Source: Raillietiella orientalis (lineage: Eukaryota). From it: 64,000 nt of DNA. The notes under the pieces were generated by a model, which worked only from the letters and a program-made list of their open reading frames with translations, had not been told where the DNA came from and searched no databases. Below, piece after piece: positions 30,801-45,700 of this stretch; position 1 is the stretch's first letter; each line of letters opens with the position of its first letter. The position numbers and the translations under genes are program-made. The stretch spans positions 682,001 through 746,000 of the forward strand of contig JAYWIR010000058.1 in assembly GCA_036172245.1 (NCBI GenBank), written 5' to 3'.

Positions 30801-32186
30801 CCTAGCGATTCTTTAAATGAATCTATGCTGATGCAAAATGAGTCATATCTTGTGTTTTGGAGCATGGTTTTTGGAGCATCTAATCTGTTGGAAGTTTAGA
30901 TAGCTGTTTCACCGAGTGATCAGGTTGGCAGATTCTTTAGCACATCGTTTATCTCTGTAGAACATTGAAAAAAACAAAACACTTTCTATGAAAAATTTTG
31001 AGAATCACTTCTATACCATGTAAGGATACTATCCTATGGAATGATATGCTGAAATCTTCGGTCCCGTTCAGAAACCTTGTTTCATCATCTGCATTAACTT
31101 TTCTTTGGAAACATTCCCCAGTAAAATTGATTCATCAAAAGGAACATCATCTAAAAGACTGCTTAAGTGTTCTGTATTCTTCCTTGTAATTCTGCATACC
31201 TTCGTCAAACATTCTTAAATAAGAAAATCAGAAAAGATGAGAAAATTGAAGTCTACTTGAAGAGTACTTTTCTGAAGAATTACTAATTTACAAAATGCCA
31301 CCAGATCATGATAGACAGCAACATGAGACCATTAGATTACTTGGATCACAACATGCATTCAGAGTGCTGCATGCTTATTTAAAAATTCTGTTTTGCATGT
31401 GGCACAGCAGACAGCAAATGTAATTATCTTTCAGATTTTACACTTTAATTTTAGCTATTTAATAAAAGCGAGGGAAACAATCATTTTACCTTATAACCTT
31501 CAGATTTCCAAATACGTAAAAGTATAGATTTTATCTCCCTGAAAAACCTCAAGGATTCGAAATGGACACAGAGTGAATTTGTATGTATGGGAAGGTATGA
31601 GATTTCATGTATTCAGCTGTATGAACATCAAAAGTGTTTCTAAGAATAGACCACTTAAAAAATCACATAGATTCATTTGTACCATTTGCAATTTCTGATC
31701 TTAAGCACTTTACCAATTTACATTTCGTTAACCAGATTTAGTACCCCTGAAGATTTCAGACAATCGTATGAAAGAGAAATAATATCCATTGCACCAAATA
31801 TTGTATCGATACCGTATTATATATCATCGATCTACAGATTTCAATAACAGCAATGCTGTGCAACATGAGAGTACGATGGCAAAACTAATGAAAAGCATGA
31901 ATATTCTTTATTTTCGGGACTTGGACACTCAATTGTGTACAAGAGATCAACCTATCATTTCGAAGTGAGTATAACCAAACTAATCATTTTTATGTTTTCA
32001 AGTAGCTTACAATAAAATGTGAAAACTATTTATGGTCTTAAATGGTGCTGTAGCAGGATATTTTGAAAAAACTGGAGCTAGAGAAAAGTTTCACCAGTCT
32101 AATAAAGACGTAGTGAATTCTGAATTTGAGATTTATGTGGTCTGGCTGAAAGAACTTAATCAGCAAAACTGACTGAACTGCTTTAA

Positions 32187-33507
32187 CCTGTTAAGCGAGT
32201 TTGACTATGTATACGTTTTGTAAAGGCACCAATGTGGTGCCTTTGACGAATATATACGCCGTGTGAACAAAAATTACCCTTTGCTATGAAAATACGAAAT
32301 TTTAGTAAAAAATTGAAACAATCTCATTTAAATGTGTATTTTACTTATATTTTGATCACGACTGCTATGTGCGATGATCTTAATTTTTTATGAAAACATT
32401 TTTGAAGTAGGGTACGCTAACCAAACAAAAAATTCTTTCAAAAATTTCTTTTTCTTTTTACATACTGGGTTAATTTACTTTAATTGAAGCGTTAATTGAA
32501 AGTAATAATTGGCAAAAATGCAGAATATGGTTAAAATTATCCTCAATGTAAGAGCGCAACTCGCATCGTTCTTGAACTTTCTCATGACTCATTAGGCCAG
32601 AGACGTAAATTCTATTTGGATAACTGGTACACAAGTATAGAACTCATACAGAAACTATGTACTTGTAAGACAGACAATATTGGTACAATGCAACATCAGA
32701 GACTTGATGTTCCTGAAGATATAAAAACAAAGATATAAAAACAACTCAAAAGCACAGTACATTGCAAGACATAACATAATAGTTATTGAAGGGGCGGGAC
32801 AAAAGGGATGTACTGTTTCCCAGCACAATAAATGGAGGCAATATGAGAGAAGCGGGGTATTGTAAAAAGAAAGATTGAAGTGGTTTTTGACTAAGGAAAA
32901 AAAAATGGGTGGGGTGGACAGAAGCGATGGTATAATTGTAGCATATACGCTGGCAGGAAAGAGGTTAAAGAAGTATTACAGGAAAACATTTCTCCATCTT
33001 TTAGACGTTATGAGCTTGAATTCATATTTATTATATAAAAAAACAATGGAAAATGAAATCAATTTTTACCCGAATGTATTGAACAAATTATTGAGGAATC
33101 ACCTCAAAGAACTGTAACTGCCAAGCCTACATGTACCATCGGAAAACATTTTCCAAAGTTTATACCATCTACATTATCAAAAACTAGTGCATTGCGAAGA
33201 TGTATCGTGTGCTCAAAAAATGGCGTCGTAAGGAAACGGTATTGGGGAAGCGCCATTGTGTCGTATCTTCCTTTGAAAAATATTGTAATGCAAAATCACA
33301 TTGAATTTCTTATGAGTTTTTTTAGGTTTCTCATGTATGACGTTTTTTAATTTCTGTAGAATAACAAAATTTTTATAAGTAAGTTTTTTTTCATTGAAAT
33401 TTCCAATAGACACATTTGCTGTGCATGTGACGAATGTATTCGTTTTCGCCAATTTTTATTAGGCTTCTACAAGTAGACTTTGGAAAAAAAATTACTCGCT
33501 TAACAGG
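32187..33507 (+). mobile_element. Non-autonomous, internally deleted piggyBac element (PGBD4-like transposase remnant)
   Basis: Perfect 14-bp TIRs CCTGTTAAGCGAGT (32187-32200) / ACTCGCTTAACAGG (33494-33507), flanked by TTAA on both sides. Frameshifted remnants FYLDNWYTSIEL, MGGVDRSD...KKYYRKTFLHLLDVMSLNSYLLYKK and Cys-rich HFPKFIP...RRCIVC. Confidence 0.92.
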
Positions 33508-34582
33508 TTAACAAGTTCAGTCGTTTGAGATTGATGCAAAAACAAAGATAAGTTGTGCTGAGACAGAAAAAAAACCTTAGAATTTAAGCCGGTGTAGCTT
33601 TCGAAATGTGAAAACAGGACAGCGAAAATGATTGTATGCATTTCGATGATAGTTTACGATTAAAAAACTTCGCATAAGGACATCTTTCGAAATCCTCTTC
33701 GGTAAAACTGAAACATCGAATTCAAATTATTATTCAAAGACAAGTGATTGCTTATTAATATTATTGAAACGATGGAGTAATGCAACCTTCGGAAAAACGC
33801 AACATATGAAAGCTAGTGTCCACTTGTTTAGAATTTGTTTCCCAAGGTATCATAGCCAAATATGCAATGAAATGGAACAGCTTACAAAATAAACCACATT
33901 CTTGCTTCAAATAAACATAACATCATAGTGTGTGATATGAGGAAACTAGTAGTAAGGCAAAGACCTATTATCAAACTGAATAGACTGATAAAATGTTTTT
34001 CCGCACTTCCTTTGCAGCAGCTGGGGAAGCTGAATTTATGCCATCCTGTACCAACCATGAAGCAAAGGGATGTTTTACATACAAAACAATACTAGGAATT
34101 ACAAAAACCTTCGAACTGCTGCTATGTAATTAACTATCAAGACAATCCGCAAAATGATGACATTTGTTGGCTGCCCATGACTGGAATGAAAGAACTTAAG
34201 TCACAATGCAGGATACCAGAAATGCAATACCAAACTATATAACGTGCAAATCAGTATCGAAAGAATGCTATAAAGTGTCTGGCAAACCTCAAAATTAAAG
34301 ATATGCATTTTTTCTCGAAAATTCTTTTAAACTGATGAGAGGTACAATTTCATAGTGCATCATGGAACCACTTTTCAAGTACACTGCAGGCAAAATTAAT
34401 ATTTTCAGAAATACCATAAACTTGTGGTTTTCTTGTTACTTGTATGAAATGAAATTTCTGTCATTGTAGACTTTCAGAACTTTGGTCTATTGGTTGAATG
34501 AAGTTTTTATTTGAACGTCTGATTTTTAACTCCATTTTTCTGACACAGATCAAATTTACAATACATCACAGATCTCCTCTGA

Positions 34583-36121
<1,539 letters not shown>

Positions 36122-38539
36122 TTCACTATTGATGTTCATTCAATACGTGCGCAATGCTTAAATTCCTTATGATGGTTACAACACATTAAAATGGCAAACA
36201 TGAGCAATATCTGCATAGTCAGTATGTTTCCACTGTATTTACTAGAACAGATCTGAATTTGGGATTCAATTGCATTGACATTTTCTGTTTAATTCTGTGA
36301 ACTGTTCTCACAGCATTCAAATTTATTAACCAATTTGAAAAGCTATGAATTATTTTAAAAAACAACTACACAAAAGACAAACATATCAATATGCAAACAT
36401 TTTAGGATTTACATTAGGTGACATACAGAAAACATTGCATTTTCACTGCGAACTGCGACTCATGGGTTTCTAATGAAAAATTCATGCGGTATGAAATCAA
36501 GATTAGCAAATCCCCGAAAACACCGGCAATGAAATCACAAGAGCCCACTTCAGCAAAAGAAAACTTAAGTCCTCAATATAAGATTCTTCTTGGTTTAAGA
36601 AAATAAGTCATTCCCTTAAGTAAAGGCACATATTGCATAAATGTCTCCACATTCGGAATAATAGTGAAAAAAAGAATCATCACACCATTGCTTTAAAATA
36701 CGGTCCACTAGCATAGCATACACAAAAACATTTTTAAAAATGAAAAGCTCCCCACTTTTATATACAAACACTTTATACTTGTATCTCCGATAGATAAACA
36801 TTATCTTAATTCATAAAATACTGCTATGGCAATGCTGTTGGAAATGTTTCTTATACTCCTGTTTCTTGTACTTGTACTACCATACTGCCATACTGTTTCT
36901 TTGCAACTAAAATGCATTATAGCCGCATCGGAAGAACAGCATCATTTAGACGGAGGAAACAATCATTTTATCCAATTTGAAGGTATAAAATTTCTAGTGA
37001 CTGGATCCACACAATTAATTTCGAATCACGTGCTATCAGTTGAGACTAATCAAGTTTGATTGATGCTGGATTCTGTAAGACATACTCCCAAGTTTACTGA
37101 CTCGCAAGACCAGTCTTTCAAAATCCGATCAAATAATATACAGTTACGGCTTGGTTGCTACAAATATGTGTAATACTTCAAAAATGTATTAAACTGCAGA
37201 AGTTGTGATACAAAGCCAGACGAAGAAAAAAAAAAAAAAAAATAGGAAAGCACACAGATGTTGCACATATGAGCAAGGATTGACAATAATCCGGTTTCAT
37301 TCGGTTAAATAAACTATGATACTCTGACATGCATGTGCATGAACAAGTACACGAATTAATAGAAAAGAACATCAGCTTATCCGTCTTAACAGTGCAATCT
37401 AACCATCGAAAACCACTACTGATCACTCCGAGAACAAATACAAACTTTTCTCTACTACTAACCTATTTTGAAACTGAACTGAATCAGCACATTCATTCTG
37501 TAATAAATTCACAGTACGATTACTATTCGAAAATAAAGTGTGACATAAATATACTGAGTCAGAATTGTTTAGGTGTTTTGAGGCTTTGGGATTTTATACA
37601 GATTAGGTCAACATTGTAGAATAATAAACAAGAAATCATCTATTGCATTTAAGAATATTCAATAGATTACTTTTTGAAACACAATTTTTGCTGCTTTCAA
37701 TTGTAAGAACTTTGTTATCGCTGATCGTTATTGTCAAACTTCAAATTTCACTAATATTTGAATTCAATAAAAACGTACTTGCATTACTGTTATTATTTTC
37801 AAAAACTATGGTTATTCGGCCTTCTTCAGCACATCATATTGAAACCTAATAAAAATTGAAACCTCAAAATTGAAACTTTTCAAATCGATCGTTGAAAACA
37901 GGGTTTTAAGTGTTTTTCATTCACGACCATTGACATGAAATTCAACCCGAGTTAAAAATTTGAATCAAATGATACGATCATTCGGCAAGTTTCTGTATAT
38001 TTATGTTTATTAGACTCAATTCTATACGGAGATCGGCAGATTGACAAACATAATCACTGAATTACCTGCCTTATTTTGTGTATAAACATGTTTCTACACA
38101 GTTTCTACTAATTTCGTCCTCTCTAAACAAGAGTTTTTATTCTAGTTAGTATAAATTAAGAGAAGGGATGTATTTATCTCATCAGTAATCCTGTCATAGT
38201 TTTGAACAGATTTGAAAGTGTATCGTCTTCAGGTACACACACCTAAGACGAAGTACGCACATACCTGAAGAAACGCAATCTGATCAGCATATCAAGCAAA
38301 AGTTACCAGTTCCAAGTAGTATGGCACGGCCAGGTTTGTTAGCTACCCTTGGTTAACATATTGACATCTGACATGATCGTACATTTTTTCTTCCATGTTA
38401 TCATGGTTTCTGGATACAAATTCGAGTAGCTTCACTGAGACCGTCATAATAGTTTATATTCTTTGTCAAAGATCTTTATATTTGAAAGAATCTGAATCAC
38501 GATAAGTGAAAAATTGTATTACGTATTACTTAAAGTGGA

Positions 38540-39300
38540 AAAACTGGCGAACGTAGAAAGCAGTCCAATCTTGATTGGCTTCCGAAGTTAAATTTTCTAT
38601 GCAGTATAGAATAGTGCTTGCGTTATATCGAAACTCTTACCGTCGAAGATCACATGGACTGAATTGCGAAAGTATATCTTAATGTGAAAGTTTTAGAGAT
38701 TAACAATTCTCGATTCACTGAATGTTGATTCCTAAGGAAATGCTAACACTAAAGCATCTTCAAAATTCGAAATAATCTCTCAGAAATATTGGAAAGACCG
38801 CGATGATGATTGTGACCAATGTGTTTCAGGAATTTTCAGTAATGCATATTCAGAACAATGCAGATGAGTCATTTTCAAAAAACGCTTCAGTATAAGCAAA
38901 AGTCAAGCCAACGAAGCATATAATACGCGAACGATGTGAAGAATCCTCATAAATTTGAATGTTAAACTACTATTCAATTTTGGAGTTCTGAAACTGAGAA
39001 ACTCTATTGTATTGATAACTGAAAGAATCAGAAGTGTTAATCAATTGCAGAAGCAAGTAATTGAGCTAAGATTTCTTGAACATTAGTTTTTCTAGCCTAG
39101 GTTTGATGTAAACTGTCCAGCTCTATGATCATGGAATCAAAGCTGACATTCTGATCAGTTTCAAGTAAATATAGCAGACCTGTGAGCAATGTGTAAGCTC
39201 ACAATTTCACACTAGGCATATGGATGACACACTGCAAACCAATGCTGACCAAAATTTGGCTTGAAGCTTTTGCTGTAATGTACTGTGTTCTGCAGTCAAC
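38540..39300 (+). mobile_element. Highly decayed pogo/Tigger-like DDE transposase remnant (tentative)
   Basis: Motif relics in the expected order: NADE (AATGCAGATGAG ~38857), frameshifted LL-IDN (~39004-39020) and VQLYDHGI (~39115-39140, cf. QPLDQGII). Many stops; no TIRs found. Confidence 0.35.
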
Positions 39301-39799
39301 ATGAAGGAATTCTATGAAGCTGATTTAGTTCTGAATTATGTTCCATGTGCTCCAGACTTGATTGGCACATTTGTATTTCTTGCATGATGTGTATTATGGT
39401 TATACATCAAAGATCTCAGTGTTCATTTTATTGGACCATTATTCTGTTATAACTCCTGGCCCTCTGAAATGCAGGGGAGAAAACTGAATAATAATGGATA
39501 AACCTGATTGTATTATCAAACTCTCCAAAAAAAATGGTTTCCTGATGCTATATGAGTTGTGACAATGTCACAAGAAAAGACTGTGTCTGTTCCATGTCTT
39601 TCAATTATTATTTTCCTATAAATTCACATTGAATTTTGTTAGAACATTTTCTAAAAGTTTTGTGTCATTGCAAGAGATTACAGTGCTCTTTGTACTACTT
39701 CTAAATGCATCCAGTTCTGATGAATCTTGTCAATCATTCTAATTGGTAATCGAATTTGAAGAATTTTCTCACTGTATGTCTTCGGTGCTAATGTGCTTC

Positions 39800-42700
39800 T
39801 TGGAGTTGAGCGTTTGAAGAGGCCAGAAGAGGAAGTGGGGGCTTCGTTTCTTTTGCTGTTTTCACGCAAAGCAGCTGTACACACAACAGACTGAATTATA
39901 AATTCAATCGGCATTAACAAACGAAGAATACGTTGAGTTGTTTAGCAAACACTTGCAAGCAAATTACCATTTCAACCTCTCCACACATATCACAACCGCG
40001 TTATACCAAGTTTGCCAAGTTCAGCAGTGCTTATGGAAGGATAAAACAACAGGTTTGGAAATGCATAGATGAGGCTAATCCTAAGTGGGCGTTTAGTGGT
40101 GTGCAAACAAAAGCAATTTCCGTTATGGATAAAAGACATGAAGCAGAGCATTACAAAAAAAATCTTGACATCATTTATGAAAAGCATTATAGATACGACC
40201 AAAATTGGCGAAGCATTGGTTGCCGAATGGACGTCGATACCAAATATGCAACTGGTGCACTCAGCTCAAAGAGACGCTTGTTACAATTTCATACTGTTGA
40301 AATTTCGAAACAGAATTGTCGTAGCAAGGATGGAATTCTAAGAAGAGACCTCTTATGTCTAATCACGTAGGCACCTAAGCACTTCAAAACGGATTCAGTT
40401 CAAGATGATCAAAGCAGGGAGCAATGCTGCAAACCGTATAAAACCATTCCTCTTCCTACATATTGTTAGTGACCTCTGCGCGTAATTTGTTCTGTCGAAG
40501 AAATTGACATCTTTAGTTGGCTTGGTTTCTTGTTGCAGGCTCATCAAAATGCGCGTTGCTCGAAAGAATATCCATTTGCATACTGCATACATTTTCTCCG
40601 TAAGAATGTGAACTAAAAACAACAGCGTTTAAAAAGTTGGTCTTCAGATTGCTTGCGAAGAAATGAATAGTTTGAAATTTTATTCATTGTCAAGGAAACC
40701 AATGTTGCAGACGGAAGACCAATCATTGAGATTCATCGTATTTCAGAAACAAAAGATACTTTTGCACGTGTTTCAAAATATGTTTGACACGGCAAAATGG
40801 CTTTGAAATATTGTTCCCGTAGAAGAAAATCGCCGATGCCGACAACGGAAGAGACAGGAAAGCGGAAACCTAAGATATTGAAAAACACTGGAAAATCGTT
40901 TGAAAAGTTGGAGCTGAATCGTCAGAAGAGGCCAGAAGAGGATACAAACGGTTCGTTACTTTTGCTGTTCTCATGCGAAGCAGCTGTACATACAACAGAT
41001 TATACTATAAATTCAATCGGCATTAACAAACCGAGAATACGTTCTGTTCTGTTCTGTTTGGTGTTCTTATGAAAAGCAGCTGCACTCACAACAGATTGAA
41101 TTATAAATTCAATCGGAATTAACAAACCCAGAATATGTTCCGTTGTATAGAAAGCACTAGCAAGCAAATCAACATTTCAACCTCTCCACACATATCACAA
41201 CCGCGTTATACGAAGTTTGCCAAGTTCAGCAGTGCTTATGGAAGGATAAAACAACAGGTTTTGAAATGCATAGATGAGGCTAATCCTAAGTGGGCGTTTA
41301 GTGGTGTGCGAACAAAAGCAATTTCTGTTATGGATGAAAGGCATGAAGCAGACCATTACAAAAGAAATCACGACATCATTAATGAAAAGCATTATAGATA
41401 CGACGAAAATTGGCGAAGCATTGGTTGCCGAATGGTCGTGGATACGAAATATTGTGACTATTTAGTATACAGTCTGAAAGAGACGCTTCTTACAGTTTCA
41501 TACTTTTGAAATCACGTAACTGAATTCTCGAAGCAAGAACGGAATTCTGAAACTTGGACTCTTATGTCTAATCATGTTGGCATCTAAGGTGCACACAATG
41601 GATTCAGTTGAAGATGATCAAAGAAGAGAGCAATGCTGCAATTTGTGGCAAACCTTTACTCTTTCTTCATATTGTTAGTGACTTCTGCACGGAATTTGAT
41701 CTGCCGTGAAAATTGATATCTTTAGATGGCCTGGTTTGTTGTTGTAGGGTCAGCAAAATACGCGTTGCACAAAAGAGTATCCATCTGCATACTGCATACA
41801 TTTTCTCCGTTAATATGTGAATTGGAAAAAATAGTGTTGGAACATGTGGTCTCATCATAGCTTGCGAAAAAGTCAATAGTTTGAAATTTGATTCATTGTA
41901 AAGGAAACCAATGTTGCAATCCAAAGACCCATCATTGAGGTTAACCGTATTTCAGAAACGAAAGATATTTTCGCATGTGTTCCAAATTATGTTTACCACT
42001 GCAAAAAACCTTGTGTGTCTTACTTACATACAAGAAAATCGACGTTGCCGACAATGAAAAAGACAAAAAAGTGGAAATCAGAGGTTTCGAAACACATTGG
42101 AATATGGTGTGAAAAGTTAAAGACGGAGCATCTGAAGATGCCAGAAGAGGATATAGAAGCTTCGTCTCGTTTGGTGTTCTTATGAAAAGCAGCTGCACTC
42201 ACAACAGATTGAATTATAAATTCAATCGGCATTAAACAACGAAGAATACGTTGAGTTGTTTAGCAAACACTTGCAAGCAAATTACCATTTCAACCTCTCC
42301 ACACATATCACAACCGCGTTATTCGAGGTTTGCAAAGTTCAGCAGTGCTTATGGAAGGATAAAACAACAGGTTTGGAAATACATAGATGAGGCTAATCTA
42401 AAGTGGGCGTTTAGTGGTGTGCGAACAAAAGCAATTTCTGTTATGGATGAAAGGCATGAAGCAGACCATTACAAAAGAAATCACGACATCATTAATGAAA
42501 AGCATTATAGATACGACGAAAATTGGCGAAGCATTGGTTGCCGAATGGTCGTGGATACGAAATATGCAACTGGTAGATACATCTCAAAGTGACGCTTCTT
42601 ACAGCTTCATACTTTCGAAATCTCGTAACTGAATTCTGGTAGCAAGAATGGAATTCTGAGAACCGATCTCTTATGTCTAATCACGTTGCAATCTAAGGTG

Positions 42701-45700
42701 CACACAATGGATTCAGTTGAAGATGATCAAAGAAGAGAGCAATGCTGCAATTTGTGGAAAACCTTTCCTCTTCCTTCATATTGTTGGTCACTTCTGCGCG
42801 CAATTTGATCTGTCGTGAAAATTGATATCTTTAGATGGCTTGGGTTGTTGTTGCAGGGTCAGCAAAATACGCGTTGCACAAAAGAGTATCCATCTGCATA
42901 CTGCATAGATTTTCTCCGTAAACATGTGAAATGAAAACAATAGCGTTGCAACATGTGGTCTACTGATACCTTGCGAAAAAATCAATAGTTTGAAATTTCA
43001 TCCATTGTCAAGGAAACCAATGTTGCAATCCAAAGAGCCATTATTGAGCTTCATTGTATTTCAGAAACGAAAGATATTTTCGGATGTCTTTCAAATTAGG
43101 TTTACCTCTGTAAAGAGCCTTGTGTGTCTTACTTAAATACAAGAAAATCGACGTTGCCGACAATGGAAAAGACGAAAAAGTGGAAAGCAGAGGTTTCGAA
43201 ACACACTGGAATATGGTGTGGAAAGTTAAAGACGGAGCGTCTGAAGATGCCAGTAGAGGATATAGAAACTTCGTTTCGTTTGCTGTTCTCATGCGAAGCA
43301 GCTGTACATACAACAGATTATACTATAAATTCAATCGGAATTAACAAACCCAGAATATGTTCAGTTATGTAGAAAGCACTTGCAAGCAAATCAACATTTC
43401 AACCTCTGCACACGCATGAAAACCGCGTTATACGAAGTTTGCCAAGTTAAGCAGTCCTTATGGAAGGATAAAACAACAGGTTTGAAAATGCATAGATGAT
43501 CCTAATCCTAGGTGTGCGTATAGTGGTGTGGAAACAAAAGCAATTTCTGTTATGGATGAAAGGCATCAAGCAGACCATTACAAAAGAAAAAAGGACATCA
43601 TTTATGAAAACCATTATAGATAGCACCAAAATTGGCGGAGCATTGGCTCCAGAATGGTCGTCAATACGGAATATGCAACTGGTACACTCATCTCAAACAG
43701 ACGCTTCTTACAGTTTCATACTTTTGAAATCACGTAACTGAATTCTAGAAGCAAGAACGGAATTCTGAGAGCGGAACTCTTATGTCTAATTATGTTGGCA
43801 TCTAAGGTGCACACAATGGATTCAGTTGAAGATGATCAAAGAAGAGAGCAATGCTGCAATTTGTGGGAAACCTTTACTCTTTCTTCATATTGTTAGTGAC
43901 TTCTAAACGGAATTTGATCTGCCGTGAAAATTGATATCTTTAGATGGCCTGGTTTGTTGTTGTAGGGTCAGCAAAATACGCGTTGCACAAAAGAGTATCC
44001 ATCTGCATACTGCATACATTTTCTCCGTTAACATGTGAATTGGAAAAACTAGTGTTGTAACATGTGGTCTCATGATAGCTTGCGAAAAAGTCAATAGTTT
44101 GAAATTTGATTCATTGTCAAGGAAACCAATGTTGCAATCCAAAGACCCATCATTGAGGTTAACCGTATTTCAGAAACGAAAGATATTTTCGCATGTGTTC
44201 CAAATTATGTTTACCACTGCGAAAAACCTTGTGTGTCTTACTTACATACAAGAAAATCGACGTTGCCGACAATGGAAAAGACGAAAAAGTGGAAATCAGA
44301 GGTTTCGAAACACATTGGAACATGGTGTGAAAAGTTGAAGACGGAGCGTCTGAAGATGCCAGAAGAGGATATAGAAGCTTCGTCTCGTTTGGTGTTCTTA
44401 TGAAAAGCAGCTGCACTCACAACAGATTGAATTAGAAATTCAATCGGCATTAAACAACGAAGAATACGTTGAGTTGTTTAGCAAACACTTGCAAGCAAAT
44501 TACCATTTCAACTTCTCCACACATATCACAACCGCGTTATACGAAGTTTGCGAAGTTAGGCAGTGCTTATGGAAGGATAAAACAACAGGTATGGAAATGC
44601 TTAGATGAAACTAATCCTAAGTGGGCGTTTAGTGGTGTGCAAACAAAAGCAATTTCCGTTATGGATAAAAGATATGAACAGAGCATTACAAAAACAATCT
44701 TGACATCATTTATGAAAAGCATTATAGATACGACCAAAATTGGCGAAACATTGGCTGCCGAATGGACGTCGATACCAAATATGCAACTGGTGCACTGAGC
44801 TCAAAGAGACGCTTGTTACAATTTCATACTGTTGAAATTTCGAAACTGAATTGTTGTAGCAAGGATGGAATTCTAAGAAAAGACCTCTTACGTCTAATCA
44901 CGTAGGCACCTAAGCACTTCAAAACGGATTCAGTTCAAGATGATCGAAGCAGGGAGCAATGCTGCAAACCGTATAAAACCATTCCTCTTCCTACATATTG
45001 TTAGAGACCTCTGCGCGTAATTTGTTCTGTCGAAGAAATTGACATCTTTAGTTGGCTTGGCTTCTTGTTGCAGGCTCATCAAAATGCGCGTTGCTCGAAA
45101 GAATATCCATTTGCATACTGCATACATTTTCTCCGTAAGAATATACGAACTAAAAACAGCAGCGTTTAAAAAGTTGGTCTTCAGATTATTTGCAGAAGAA
45201 ATGAATAGTTTGAAATTTTATTCATTGTCAAGGAAACGAATGTTGCAAAGGATAATCATTGATATTCATCGTATTTCAGAAACAAAAGATACTTTTGCAC
45301 GTGTTTCAAAATATGTTTGACACGGCAAAATATTTGAAATATTGTTCCCGTAGAAGAAAATCGCCGATGCCGACAATGGAAGAAACAGGAATGCGGAAAC
45401 CTAAGATATTGAGAAACACTGGAAAATCGTTTGAAAAGTTGGAGCTGAATCGTCAGAAGAGGCCAGGACGATACAAACGGTTCGTTGCTTTTGCTGTTCT
45501 CATGCGAGCGAATGTACATACAACAAGATTTATACTATAAATTCAATCGGCATTAACAAACCGAGAATACGTTTCTGTTCTGTTCTGTTTGGTGTTCTTA
45601 TGAAAAGCAGCTGCATTTCACAACAGATTGTTCTCATTCAATCGGATTTAACAAACCCAGAATATGTTCCGTTGTATAGAAAGCACTAGCAAGCAAATCA

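Noticed and set aside
30100..31250. Coding-like decayed sequence on the minus strand
   Set aside because: Stop-riddled in the frames read and no family recognisable by eye.
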